Part shown: positions 35,734-50,600 of the stretch, in pieces
Layout of the letters: each line of letters opens with the position of its first letter
Position numbering within the stretch: the stretch's first letter is position 1
Assembly: GCA_949358305.1 (NCBI GenBank)
Contig: OX442314.1
Coordinates: forward strand, 21,452,001 to 21,516,000
From: Strigamia acuminata
Taxonomy: Eukaryota
DNA: 64,000 bases
Direction of reading: 5' to 3'
The notes under the pieces: model-generated
What the model was told of the DNA's origin: nothing
Databases searched by the model: none
What the model saw: only the letters and a program-made list of their open reading frames with translations
Program-made: the position numbers and the translations under genes

Positions 35734-37827
35734 ATGAACGGTGAGTAATATTAGTAGAAAACGAAATGTTTGCACTTTTATTCTCCGTTGTACGATACAT
35801 TTTAAAGCTTCTATTTTATGTGTCATGGCAGGTGCACAATTCCAAGGACAATTTGTATCATGTTCTTGCGATGACTACCTGCACTAAAAATGCAATAATA
35901 CCTACAGACAAAATATAAATCCGACTTAAATCGCAAACAACAAAATAAAAATAATAAAAAAAACAAAAAAATCATTCAAAATATTTTTCTTTTCTAATTA
36001 AAACAGATCCGTTCAAAGCAACTGCATTATGGACTGCCATTTTGAATTACCTCAACAGCAATCTTCTAACGAAGAAATACCGTCACCGATTAAGAAGCTA
36101 CGAACAAAGTTTTACAGGCACCGAAGCCGTGGATGTGATCAGCAAATTTCTCACCGAAAACGCGTCCACTTTACTCAACGACAAAAAAATCGACCGTCAC
36201 AACGCGTTGAAAGTGTGCCAAGTTTTACTCAAGGAAAACGTATTCGAATCGTCGAACCACACTCGAGACAGCGACAAAACATTCGAAGACAGTGCCACTA
36301 AATTCTACAGATTCTCCGCCACGCGTAAAACCGAAACAACCAGCCGTGCTTCGTCCAGTTTAAGACGCGCCTTGCAGCACGAAAGCGACGAAGTCAAATC
36401 CACTTTTTACGAATCAACACCGGAGATTATCGCCAACCCGTACGCGGAAAACGAGCAACAGCAACATTTCACCAAGAGCAATCGCTCCTCAATACGTAAA
36501 CTCAGACCGGGACCCGTTTTGAAACGTTTGACGAGTTTCTCGCACTTGGTCAGACCCAGAGAGGATTCCATGAGACGAATCTCTGAGGTTTCTACGGATA
36601 AACGTCACTTGGAGGTGGAATTGACTTCCGTTTGCCCGTTGAAGCGGAGCTGGAGCGTCGCAACGCTGTCAGCCAGCAGCGAGAGTTTGAGTAAAAGGAA
36701 ACATCCGATGGATGACATGCGCGAGAGTCTTTTGAAGAAACTCGCGCTCGCTCGGCTTTTATCGCTCATCGAAGTTCCCTATCTCGAAGATTTATTGCCA
36801 CTCGTTAACGATAAAAGTGATTTTTGCGATGTCGATGCTGGATCGGGACCTGCGCGTTCGTTTTTGTCCGAGATGACTGTTTACGATGATAAGTGGTTGT
36901 CGGCTGCTCAGAGTTGCGTCGATGTGCCTTTGGGTTCGTGTAGACCGGCTGTGAGTTGGTCGAAAAAGGAATGGAAAAAAGCCGCGTTTAAGTTGGTGGT
37001 TCGGCATTTGAATAAAAATAAAACGGCGCTGGTACCTGCAGCTTTCCAAGTGAGTTTTTGGAATAAAAACATGAAAATCGATGTAAAATTTGATATTTAT
37101 TGTGTTTTTCGTCCATTTTCAGACGGTGTTTCTCCAGATTTATGCTCTTTTGAAGGAAAATAAAATCGAAATTGCTTTGCAAGCTTTACAATTTGCATGT
37201 CTCATGTTACGCCACGATCAGCGAATCAAATTGCAACAAGTTTTGGTGTTCATGAATAGCGTTGAAGCGGATAATTCAGTTCAATTGAGTAAAACTGTAT
37301 GTATTAAAAAAGACAATATGGCTTGTAATTTTTTAAAATTTATTTTGATTTTTGGTTTATTTTGCTCAAGGTTTCCAATCAACATGTTGTTATGCGAGAA
37401 CTTGGACCGTGTATTATGAATTTTGCATTGCTGGGACCGGAACAAGCGTTTATAACTATTTATTTCATGTTTAAGCAATATAAAATACTTTTCAAAGTTC
37501 CTGATGATTTACTGTTAGAGGTGAAAAGAATTTCAAATTCAAATGATTCAGATACCGCTTCGGCAGGTAATTGGGATAATGTTGTGTTAATTTCTATTTA
37601 TTTATTTATTTATTTATTCATTTTTTGCAGAATATTCAACATGTGAAAGAGTTTCGTTGGATGTTTACGAAAAGCAAAAAAATCAAACGACAGAAGCGTC
37701 TTTGCGAGGTTTACTCGAGATGAAGTTGAGGGATCATGTCGTGTCGAGTCGAGAGAAGTCCAAGTGGTTGCATAAATTCCAAAAATCTCATTTAGAAATT
37801 TATAATTCTTATTTGAAAAAGCAGTAA
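35734..37827 (+). CDS. DEPDC7: DEP domain-containing protein, DEPDC7/DEPDC4/LET-99-like (DEP + degenerate RhoGAP-like domain)
   Basis: Micro first exon ATG AAC G|GTGAGT (start may be 35692), then DPFKATALW..KKYRHRLRSYEQSFTGTEAVDVI..KVCQVLL..FEDSATKFYRF; C-terminal EKSKWLHKFQKSHLEIY. Confidence 0.85.
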
Positions 37828-40800
37828 TTTTGTGTTTTTTATCGATATTTTTATACATATTTTTCTACCACAATTTCCAATAAATTTTTTTTTGAGTGAA
37901 ATAAAAAAATGAAATTAATCGAAATAAATTGTTTCGTTTTAAAAATAAAAAAGGAGGAAAAATCTGTTCTGATTTACATCGTCTTGACCTAAATTTCAGA
38001 ACTCAAAGGCCAATATTCCACGGCTCATTACATTCGGATTAGAAAATGATTGTACCTGTCAGAAGACTGGTTTTAGAAGAATAAATTTCTAATGACCCGG
38101 ATGCATCACAATGAAAAATACAAAAATAAATCACAAATTAATCAATTTATTCACTATAGACACAAACAAAATAAGAATTCACACGCAAAATAAAACAAAA
38201 ACACAAAAATAAATATTTTTTCGACATACTCATGAATTAGTTTTCGATTTACGTGATAAATTCGACCCGTTTCCTCATTTAATTTTTTTCTTCTCAATTT
38301 TCTAGCCGTTGCGACACGTCGCACATCTCACCGTATAAGGTCATTCCTAATGACTCAACTGTGCAACGTTTTCAACAACAAAAAAGCAGTTTTCTGTATC
38401 GAGTATTCCCAACTGACATTGATAAAGTAGTCGTTATTGTGACCCCCGTTGAACTCAACAGTCTGTGCACACATCTTGACATCACGTTTGAAACAAATCC
38501 AATTTTTTTTATTGTAAATTTGTCTTCCACAATTCAGTGCACTTTTCTAAGTAAACTGTTTAACACTCGACTCACATTTTTGCAAGTGGCTTGCAACAAC
38601 ACTTCCTGCACCAAGTCCCACAAACTTTCAAGTGATTAGCCTATTAAAGACACGTGTAGTGCAGATGTCAGCCCCCACATGTGAACATCAGCTGTTTATA
38701 CCATAAATTATTACATTTCTCTCCAAGGTCCTTAATTTATTTTTCCACGCAAATCCCTTTTGATTCTTTTGGAATATTCATTTGATGTCACCATCATTAA
38801 AAATAAATTACATTTGGGTGGAGTTGAGGTTATAAAGCGAACAAAGAAAAAGGTTAAGTGTATTTCACATATATATATATATGTTTTTTATATTATTTTT
38901 TTCAGTATTTTTTAAAAAAGTATTAGTTTTTGATAACTTCATCTTTAACAAATTCAATTCATTCAATAAAAACAAATTCAAACTGTTTCCCAACTTCCTT
39001 GTTAGATAAGAAAATTGACCCGATTTATTTTGTTAACAAGTTGAATATTAGCGCAAAAAATATTATATATTTAAAGCACTTTATTTCTACTTCCATTTTC
39101 CTTTTCAATTCAATAGCCAAAAAAGCAAGCACACCTTTCATGTTATTTTCTTTTTTACTTATCGATCTGCATTCCTTTACTGGTCACAACTATCCATTTT
39201 CCATTTCTGGTAAAAGTGCGCAAAGCGCCATCTCGAATCAAATCTCCGCTACAGGAAAATCAAACAAAGAAAAAATCATTTTTTATTCAAGGATTTAATA
39301 TTTTGTAACGTCACTCGATCTCGGTTCATTTGGATCAAGGCCGTATTATGTAATAGTCATGACATCACGGAGTTTAATGGCCAATAAGACAACTGCAGCA
39401 GATAAGTCAGTGAGCAGACGAAACTAGCATTACTTGGACGTGGACGACGAGTGAGTTTTCTCTCTTTTAGGTGAGTTTATTCTCACAATCTTTTTACTTA
39501 CAATCTCGAATTTAATATTAAAAAAAACTTCTGCCAATACAATTCCAATTTCCGATCGGTTTAATAGATAAATGTTTCATTTCCGCTTTCCATAAAGCAA
39601 TATTTCGAAAATCCAACCACATAAATTGGTCAAATGGTTTAAATTCTCTATAACTAGACGCACAACAAATCAAAACTAATCTGCTCTTATACAATTACTT
39701 AACCTCCACTTATAATATTCATGTTTACTTATAATTAAACCCTGCCCATGGCAATCAGTCTGAACATTCCACACCTAAATTTCACATAAACAATACTGAA
39801 ACTATTTAAAAAATGAAAAACAAGAGTACAAATGAATTCCACGTGAACTACAACCACCAATCAATAAATAGGCCATCCCTGCAGGTGTTTTTAAAACCTT
39901 CCTCAAACTACCATCAACCCTCTCAAAACACAAAAAAAGGTGAAAACATTTAAACTGAAATGCTAAATAGTTTTTAATATATATAATCTGTCCCTATAAA
40001 TAGAGGAAATAACCAATACTATTGATTTTCCTATAAAATTTTTTCTTACTTGTTGATATTTTAGTCACTATGCAACTAAGTTTAAATTCTGTCAACAAAT
40101 TGATGTCAATTATTATTGTGAGTTGGTGGGGACCTTGAAAGAAATTCAACTTCCTTTTATGGAAAACAGCCTGCAGGGAGTATTGTGGACGTCATTTCTC
40201 ACTTGTTAGACATGTGTAAGGGGTACAAGACACAGGTGGGAGGTGTTTTAAACAAGGTCAAGTGCTAATTTGGTATTCAGGTCATGTCTTAAAGCTGACT
40301 CATCACTAGAATCTAGTTGAAAATGGTTTGGGAAACCATGTTTGGGTGATTATTTAATTTATTTATGTTTGTTATTTCATATCTGCATATATGTGCTGTA
40401 TTGATTATTGGAGATGTTAGGCCTGGATTTTTGCATGGTAATTTTTTACAAAAATGGAAGCAAATAAAATAATTATCTTTTTTGAAGCAACCACAACATG
40501 TGTTGTGGGTTTGGTTCGCTTTTGTTGTTTGCATTGATCAACATTTTGCATGGAAGATTTTTAGGACACGAGTGATGTGAACATTTGTTCAGTTTGAGTT
40601 TAATTGTGTAATTGTTTTATTTGGGGGGTGAGAAAAATAGACATGATGTCACTTGACACTATTAAAATTCCATTGACTTTAATTTGACCAACAATCTCAC
40701 CAGTAGGGAAAAAAGTATAAAAGGAAAATAAAGTAGGTCTGATTCAAGATAAAGTTTCCTCTTATTTTATATTCTGTTCAAGGAATAAGAAATGTTTATT

Positions 40801-41680
40801 TTTAAAAAAAAAATTAAAAAAAAATTACGTAAATCTATAAAAAAAATTAGACCTAAATCTAACTCATAAATCAATAAAATATGTGCAATTAATAATTCAT
40901 AAATTTAAAATCAAAATTATATACATTTATAAAAAAAAATATTGTATTTATATATATTGACATTCAATTTAAAATTAACATAAAATCATTTTTCTTATCT
41001 AGTCTCACAAGTTGGGCCACCTACGCTTTAACCTAGGTCTCGTACCTTATATAGCTTTTACCTCAGGGTGGAGTTTGAAAAAATCGGTTTGAAAGACGCC
41101 CACAATTCATCTCCCAAAAAAAAACATTAAACGCATTCAAATTGGTTAAGAAAAATTTGATGAAATATTACAAGTTGATAACCTCGTTTTCACTTCAGGG
41201 TATGAAGTTTATCACGTCACATTATACTTACTTAGTCCATTAATTTTGCTTAACTTTAATGCGTTATGTCACTAATTTTCTTTAACTCATCTTAAGCAAC
41301 AACGATGCAATTTGCGCATGCTCCGTTGAAAAATCACTCCGATCTCAGCTGCCCACAAGCTAATTAATAATTAAATTTCATTTAGATTAAGTAATTTATT
41401 TCACTTGATTTTACTTTAATCAACCAATGTGGATCCAAATTCTTATAACTGTTTTTAAACTTTGTTATTTTGTTACTGAAATTTCCCCTTGAGAATTTCC
41501 TAAGAAAGTTCGGTCGTATAACATGGAGGAACAATTTGTATTGGATCGACTTAGTGACCCTAGTTCACATCATACCTCTATCGAGATTTGGATTCTTCTT
41601 CATCATCACCAACACTGCGACAGATCAATAAATTTAATTGTTCCCTTCTTTCTATTTACAGAACTGTCATCGAAGACAAG

Positions 41681-44600
41681 ATGGGTTACAGGGAAGGTAC
41701 ATGGACGCCGACCAAACGTCGGGGACCTATTGCTGCCGAATTCAATGGTCCTGGACCAGCTGCCGTGACATTGCCTTCTCTATTTGGCACCACTCAACGA
41801 GATCCATCCAAATCTAAAGCTCCTGCTTTCACTTTCCGACCTCGGTAAAATTATAATTATCGCTCACTTTTTATCAGTTTATCATATAATGTGATTTAAT
41901 TTTTCAGAATCAACGAGAAACTCGAATTACCCGGTCCTGGACCTGGCAAATATCTGACCGCTGGTGTCACGCGTAAAGGAAGAGAGTCACCGGCAGCGCC
42001 AACGCTCTCCGGACGGATGAAGGGAGATAAACCGTTTAATACTCCGGCACCCAATGCGTATCATTCCGAAAAGGGCGATGATTCGGTACATGACAAGGCA
42101 CCTTTGTTCTCATTTGGAGTTAAAATTAAGGATCCTAAATTGGCTGATATACCAGGTAAATTATTTTTTTTATAAAGTAATTGTTCAGGTCACTGATAAA
42201 TCTGTAATCGTTCACTACGATATAATGTAATCAGATACCTAGGTCTTGATTCATTTAACTTAGAAATTGAATGTAGTAATAATCGATGAAGTCGATTGAA
42301 TGCCATTAGGTGCAGGGGCGTACCTACCGGGTGTGGTGTTTATAGGGTGTGCAAAAGCACTATAATTTGCTTTTGGATGCCATAACATCTTCTGTAGGAT
42401 GATGAAGGTAAATCAATAATAAGGATGAATAAAATTAGTTAATTCATTCAGTTAAATTCTTTTCCCATTTCATTCACAGATCAAAATTTATAGCGGGCAC
42501 AGACCAGGTGGTTACGCTCCTGATAAGGTGCAGTCAATCTTGTGAAAGACAAAGTCAACATTTTATGATTAAGTCACTTTTTCCGGCACTGTAATACTTT
42601 GTTCGAACCAGAAAGTTTGGGCTAGCCCAAAGTTTAAATCTAGTTCTGGTTCTTGGTGCGAATGCATCTAGCCCACAATTATCAAGTTTAAAATTTTTTA
42701 AACTAGATAATTCTAATCCAGTTGTGTGAACTAGATAATTGCCAAAGAACTAGATAACTGCCAAGGTCACTTCCCACAATTCTGTGAGTAACATGGTCTA
42801 TTGGCGTAGATCTATAGATATGTGGCTTTTTGCTTTTTGGTGCAAACGCTCTAGCCTGAACTTTTTAAGCCAATATCAGGCCAGAACCAGATTTAAACTT
42901 AGGGCTAGCCCAAACCTTCTGGTGCGAACGCGGTATAACGCAAAACGTATCGTCAGAGTCGCGATATCAATGGAATTCTGTAACGTAGACTTTGGCTTTC
43001 AAGGTTGAATGCACCGAATGTTTGATTGTGTTATTAACTTTAATATTATTGATCTGAATGGACCCAACTTAATTAGCTTCCAATATCTACCAATTGGACA
43101 AGGGTTACAAGTTAATAACTAAACGACCTCCTAGCTTTATTTTAGGAATAAAACCTGATGTTAAAGCTAACCAAGGTCCAGGTAAGGCTATAAGAACTAA
43201 TTAAATGAAGTCAAACTAAACTATTTTAAAAACAACACTCTTTCTTGTTTATTGTGGAATCAGGCCCTAATGCTTACGCCGTCAATAACAAAATGAGTGG
43301 TCCTAAGTATTCACTTGGCATTAGGCCCAAGTCGTCTACTCAAACTCCTACACCAGGTAGGCTTTTTAAACACTACATTCCACAGCATTAAAATTAATGA
43401 AAAGTGTGTATCAATTACAAACGTACACAATTTTAATTTTAATTTTGGGAGTGTTGGAAAGGCTTAGCTCAATTTAAATTGCTGTATTGGCTTTCAATAT
43501 GTGTATGTGTAATGCAGTGCCGGATTAAATCCTGTTGAGGCACCTAGGCAGTCGAAATCTCGGGATCCCCCCCTGTAAATTATCTCCTAATACGTTTTTG
43601 ATTTTACCAACCAACAGTTTGTTATAGCGGGACCCCTAAAAGGCGTGGGGCCCATAGAGCAGTGCCTAATCTGCCTATTTGGTAATCCAGCACTGGTGTA
43701 ATGAACACTTAGATAATTTCTTGTTTACAAAATTTGGCACTTTAAAATAGTTCTAATATAGTTCAGGGATTCCCAACCCCTACGTCACGACCAAAAGTTG
43801 GATCGTGAGCAAAAAAGGTTGCGAACTCCTGATATAGTTACACCAACTAACAAATGCTTCCAATTGCTAAATGCTTACTAATATCTAACATGTACTAGCT
43901 CCAAATGTTTACCAGCCTAATAGCGGACTAAATGTTATAAGGAAAAGGGCTCCCAGCTGTATCCTAGGAATGAAACACCGCACTAAAACTAATGAAAACC
44001 CAGGTAAGGGAAAACTGTACTGTGTATTGTCGTGTCGTTGTATATGTGTTTATTTAAGAAAAAAACTTATATAAACTAAATCTAGATAAGTTCTTTAATG
44101 TAATCTTAAATTGGTTATAAAACCAGCCTCCAATGCATACATCATCAGTAATAAAATGAGTGGTGCTATGTTTTCCTTTGGCATTAGGCCCAAGACATCT
44201 GTTCCTTTCTCCACACCAGGTAAAAAATGTCAATTTTGAAATGTTTATACCATAGAACCGTACACAAGCCTTGATTCTTTTTGAATTTCTAATCACAAGC
44301 AATTAGGTCTCGTCTATTCATTGTAATTATGCATAATTTGACAGTTGTGTGTTTTGTTTTCAAACTGTACGAATTAATTGTCACCTGAATGAAAAAGTTT
44401 ATTTTTGAATTTTGATGGTATAGTAATTATTTGAAAAATTTCAAAAAAAAATAACAAAAGAATAATTAATCACCACTAGATGGCACAGTTGAGTTGGATC
44501 TTAGCATTCCTGTTGCCATGGCAGCAGGAAAACCTTGTTCTTCGGAAGCAAATTAAGCAGTATTTTCTGTCATGATCATTTTCCATTTCTAAATTTTTAG

Positions 44601-47600
44601 TCTAAGCGAAAAAAAATTAAAAATGACTGCCTCTGGTTCATCGACTACGAGGCCATTTTCGAGCGGCATTGTTATTCGAGATCCAAACCGTAAGACCCGA
44701 GAATCCTGAATACATTTGATAAAAACAAATTCGTGTTCAAAGGCTTAAACGATTTTCTTTTTCTTTAAAATGCAGCGGTTAATAAATTTTATGACGCAAA
44801 ATGGAGACCTTTGTCTGCGGGAGCAGCAACTACTTCAAAACACATGATGCTCAAAGAAGGTAGTTGGAAGTACTATGTCATTTTTTATTCTTTTTTCCCG
44901 AGAAAGGGATTGGAATTGCTGTGTTTCATTTCAATTGTAAGGTCACACTCAAGATTGTCCATGTTACGACCGATGGTTGAGGCACAAAGAAACGAGAGAG
45001 AGGGTGATGAAGGAGAGAGACACGATGCCAGGTTAAGAGATATGTTTAGTCGTGTTGTGTTTGTTACCAATGCGTTTACTAAAAATGGTTTGATTTTATT
45101 CATTCCATCGTTTAACAGCGGGTTATGGAAATTTATTACATAACTTGCGGTTAAACGACTGGGCGGGCGGTGTGAATTCGTGACCAGTATGGTTAATAGG
45201 AGTTCTAAAAGCACATAAGCGTTTAGCTTTGGTCGTATCAACCGATTTTCTTATTTTTATTTCTTATTTTTATTTATTTAAGCCAAATTATAAGCTTTTG
45301 CTTAACCAATTTGAAAGCATTTAATGTTTTCACACACAAATCAACTTGAAATAAGAAATTAAACCAATTAATGTCAAAAGTGCTAATGAACTTACATAAT
45401 CTATGAAATATTATGGCCTTATCGTTAACAAATGGGGGAAAAAAAGTCGTCATAATATTTTTTCATGAACAAGGTCCTGGAGCGTACACGATTAAAGATG
45501 ATTTGCAGAGAGTTCGGACACCATGTTGGAATTGTGTCGGAAGAAAAGATCCGAAAGTTCATCTCAAAGGACCAGGTATATAAGAAATGATAAGCATCAA
45601 GTAGATTATGGGTTTACACGATTGATTTAGCACCGAATGCTTACAATGTGAGTGGATTGGTCCACAAAGGTGGGATGCCGCACGCCTTGGCTGCACACAT
45701 GTTTGGGAAGGCAAAAGATTTTTCCACAAAGAGAATTTCAGACACTCCAGGTGAATTAAATTTAAATTAGTCGCGGAATGTAATGAAGAGTAATGATTTT
45801 TCCCTACGCAAGCTCCAAACCATTACAAAATTCCAACCCCATTTGAGTCGTTGAGTTCAAAATGGAAACGAGAGATCGAGATGAAAAGACAAGGCAGTTA
45901 ATTAACATAGGGAAGAGAAATATTTTTTAAAAAATAATATTAATGGTTTGTTGATTTTGTTTTTTAGTTCCAAAAAACTGTTTATTTTGCCCTTCGAGAA
46001 GTAAATCCAGAAATGCGATCAAATCTGAAGCAGGTTAAATATAAATAAGAAAAGAAAGTCGAAATTAAATGACTGGTTTTTACTGCTGAGTTTTATCCCA
46101 TTAGATGTTGCGGACAAAGAGAGCAACACAGGTTCTTACCGCCTCTATTGGGGCTCGGACACGTTTAGGGGGAAATATTACATGGATAATTGATGCTAAA
46201 TTGAAGCTAAATTAAAATACCAAAAAAATTGAAAATGTATTATAGTTTTGTAATGTATAGAACGATGAAAAGAAATTTAAGGTGATAGTGAAATTAAAAA
46301 AGGTAAAAGCCAAATTGAAATATTTGTGTTGGCTCACTTATTATTATTATTAATTTTTATAACTATAAAACTCAATAAAACATCTTTTGGTGATTTTTTT
46401 AAAAAAAGTATGTATTTTTTTATATGTATCTTATGTTTGGTGACAATTAATAGATATGAATCTTTAATCAAGTGATTAACACACAATTATTTTATGCTCT
46501 CGACCCAGCTCCAAATGCTTATAAGCCTGAAAAGAGTCTGTCAGTTGCTTACAAGAGTGCGCCCAAATTCACATTTGGAGAAAAACTTAAAGCTGGTAAA
46601 GTGTTTAATACTCCAGGTAAGTTCAGCTTCAGTTGCGTTTTTTAAATTTATTTTTTTATTTTTTTTTAAATCGTTTTTTATGTAAATTTTTAGCATTTCT
46701 GTAATTATTTTTATTTTTTTACTTGCATGATTAATTAGCGCCAAATGCCTACAGCCCTGACAAAAGTGATGGAAATGTTCACGAATCAGCTCCACTCTAT
46801 TCTTTTGGTGCAAAGATTAAGGATCCGAATCAATTTAACGTTCCAGGTAATATACAAATGGAAACAGAATTATTCGAACCTCGGTCATACGAACAACCGA
46901 TTAACCGAACATTAACATTAACCGATGTGTTAGATTTTATTATCGATTTTTACTCGATTTTTTCTTTTCATATACAATTGTGGAAATTAAATAATAATAT
47001 TCCTTATATCGTTTTATATCGCTTGTTTAGTTTACATGTATGTAAACAAATCGGTTTTATGAACACCCATGTCGCCCGATTAGTTCGGAAAATCTCGGAA
47101 AATCGACGGTCTACTGTACATCTGCTGCGGTGCACTGCAGTGTAGTGGATTTGCAACAAATGGGGCCTGGGTTGGAAGTAGGAAATCGCTATCTTTGTAA
47201 TTTTGGGGTTCTCGTGAGCAGGGTGAAAAAAAATCTGGTCTGGGAAAAAAGAAAGTTATTAAACCAAGCTAAAATGGCACAGCTGTCTTATTATTGTAAA
47301 GATCCAATCTTCTGTGAATCTGTACTCAACTGCATGCTATGGAATGAAGCAACATGCATCTGACATCACCAGATTATTTGATGTGAATTGAATGCTACTA
47401 TGGCTGAGACTAGGCGACGACGCAGTTGAGTGCATGTTTCCAAGGAGATAATTTAATTGCGTCACTAACAAAGTCATCTTTTCAATGTCGCATAAATTAT
47501 AAGAAATAGCTAGTCGGCAAAAGGAAATTGCTTTAGGCACATTTTGTTTTATTTATTATTTTAATTTAAATTTTAAATTTTTTTTTTAATTTTTAATTCA

Positions 47601-50600
47601 TTGTTAGATTGATTATGCTTGACTTTCCAAAAATTAATTATTGTTTTGTTGATTTTTTTTATTTTATTCTATGATTAATTAGCTCCAAATGCCTACAGCC
47701 CTGACAAAAGTGATGGAAAGGTTCACGAATCAGCTCCGCTTTATTCTTTCGGTGCAAAGATAAAAGACCCGAGTAGATTTAATGTTCCAGGTAAGATAAA
47801 CATTCCGTACTCACTATTCATACAGGCAACACTATGATAAGCCGTTGCAGTCGTTCTCACGTACACTGTAAAAGATAATTCAGTATTTTTTACGGAAAAA
47901 CTGCAGGCAGCAGGGTTGCCAGGAATTTTCTGCGGACGTGTGTAGACTAAGTTTTGCCCTAAATTTACTGAAAACAACAAAATCTTCGTAAAAATATTAA
48001 TTCTGGTTGCACAATTTTCTATATATTTACTGAATTAACATTGCAGTCGAAACTCTATAACGAATTGCAAGGGACCCGAAAATCAATTCGTTATAATGAG
48101 AATTCGTTATATTGAAATTTTTTAACATGGTGTTCTATGGCCAGCCAACCAAACCAGCCATTTTTAGGTATTCGTTATACTGATAATTTGTTATATCGCG
48201 ATTTGTTATAAAGAGTTTCGACTGTATTAATATTACCCCAGTAGCACGGATGATCGATTAAACATCGCATTTATGCAGATACGATATTAAACATCGCATT
48301 TATGCAGATACGATATTAAACATCGCATTTATGCAGATACGATATTAAAGAAATTATTAAATAAATTGTTAGCGTATATAATTTAATCAGTAGTATAGTT
48401 TCATTGCTATTTAATTCTAATTATTATTATTTGGCTTTTTTTCTACTCTTGCAATAATTAGCTCCAAATGCGTATAGTCCTGATAAAAGTGATGGAAAGG
48501 TTCACGAATCTGCTCCACTTTACTCTTTCGGTGCAAAGATTAAGGACCCGAGTCCATTTAACGTTCCAGGTAATATAAATACAGTAGCATTAGAATCAAA
48601 TGAAAAGATTACGTAGGTACTTAGCCAATGCCTCTCAATACTCAAATGGAATTGCTTTTAAAAATCCTGCTTTGTATAGCTCTACAATAGGAATGAAAAG
48701 TTGAAGCAGAGCACTTCAAAAGTGTTTAGGTTTTTTTCCAGAACTTCTTTATTTAGATTTTTTTAAATAAATTCTTTGTAACATGAGAAATAAATTTGCC
48801 AAATCTATTGAGAAAGTTATCATAAAATACAGTATAAATAATGTTTTGATGATTTTTGTTTTTATGATCAGCTCCAAACGCCTACAATCCTGACAAAAGT
48901 GATGGAAACGTTCACGAATCAGCTCCACTTTATTCTTTCGGTGCAAAAATTCAAGATCCGTGTCCATTTAATGTTCCAGGTAATATCGAAATTTAATTGA
49001 GCACAACAGATTTGCGAAGCGTAGAATACGCGCGATGGGCCCCAACTTATGGCGCGCACTTAATGCATCACAAATACCAGATGCTAAACCTAATAATGTC
49101 CCAGGTGAGCATAATTTTAAGTGAAATTCGTAGCATAAGTATGAAATAGAAATCTACATTAAAAATGGATAGGAGTCATAATTATTTTATTTTAAAAATA
49201 CGACTTAAAATCTGATTTCAAACTAGATAAAAACTCAAATTCAATCAGTTTTTACTTTCTTAACATTAAACTCAAATGCCGTACAAGAAATAATGTTGCA
49301 ATTTCTAAGAAGTAGACAAACAAATAAATCTATATATATACTTGTATGTATACTGGATCTTGTCAACAGAGTTGAAAGGATTCCTAGTTGAAATGGATTG
49401 CATTGAAAGTCACCTTCGTCTCCTAAGGAAACGAGTATTCTTTGAAAGAATCCTAATGGTTGCCGGTAATCGGCATTGGCGATAGTTCAAAATTTGCGTA
49501 TCGGCAAGGTCGAATTTTTTCTTTTCTTCACACATCAAAAACAACATTAAGATTAAGTTATAAATATACGTGACTTTTAATTAGTTTGACGTTGGCTTCT
49601 AGAAAAGTTTGGGGGAGACGGGGGAGACTGTGGACACCGAAGCACTAAGTGAACACAAGAATATCATATCAGATCCAACAATTTCAATTATAAAGTCTAA
49701 AGGTGCGTTTTCATATGCGTCTTTTTTTCTATCACGCCACTCTAAAAATCACACACAGTGCGTTCACGTGCGGTTTTTCCGCTTAGCTTTACAACGGAGC
49801 CATTTTCATGTGAGAGGTCGCTAGTCACGTCACCGGCACATTTTCAAAATGGCTGCTTGAATGTCTAGGAAACAGGTTATTAAAAAAAAGTTGAAAGAAA
49901 CTTCAACATTAATATTGGAAAATGCACACAAATTAAGAAATAAATATTGAGTTCCTTCAATTTTTTTTCAGATATTTTTGAATTAATTTTTCTATTGCAC
50001 GTGGTGAAAAATCTCAGCCAATGGAAACAATTTACCAAAACTCAACTTCCCATTGGCCCAAGATAGTCACGTGGTCTGTATTGTGGTGGTTACAAATCGC
50101 GTGCGATTCATTTTTCCGCTTTGTTGAAAATGACAAGGTGCGCAATTTTTGTTAAGCGATTTTTAAGATTTGCGCGCGATTGACTAAATAATCGCATATG
50201 AAAACGCACCTTAACTCGGACTACAACCATGTTGTAGCCGTTCTCAAATAATAGCCGAGGTTCTTATTCGAGGGTGACTCTTGATCGGTAAAATATGGTA
50301 ATCTAACTTTTAATTGATAACTTTGCTTATTATTGTAATCTCAGCTCCCAATTCTTACAATCTCGAGAAAAGTGATCAAATTGTCCATGAAAAATCGCTG
50401 AACTACTCGTTTGGAATTAAACTACCCGATGCTAAACCTAATAATGTCCCAGGTGAGCAAAAGTGTATTAAAGAGTTATGTGTAAAAGAAAATTGATGGG
50501 AATCAGCCTTTGGTATTACTGGTTGAAAGGATTCCCATTTCTCTGAAGTTCACTAAGAACGTTCGATTCCTTTATACACATCTAAAACTACTTTAATATT

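Noticed and set aside
38361..40534. ORFs of 73-122 aa between DEPDC7 and ODF3
   Set aside because: AT-rich compositional ORFs with non-ATG or weak starts, no consistent exon chain and no homology recognised.
44811..45241. 110-118 aa ORFs on both strands in an ODF3 intron
   Set aside because: No ATG start, no transposase or other motif; probably TE-derived but ends could not be defined.
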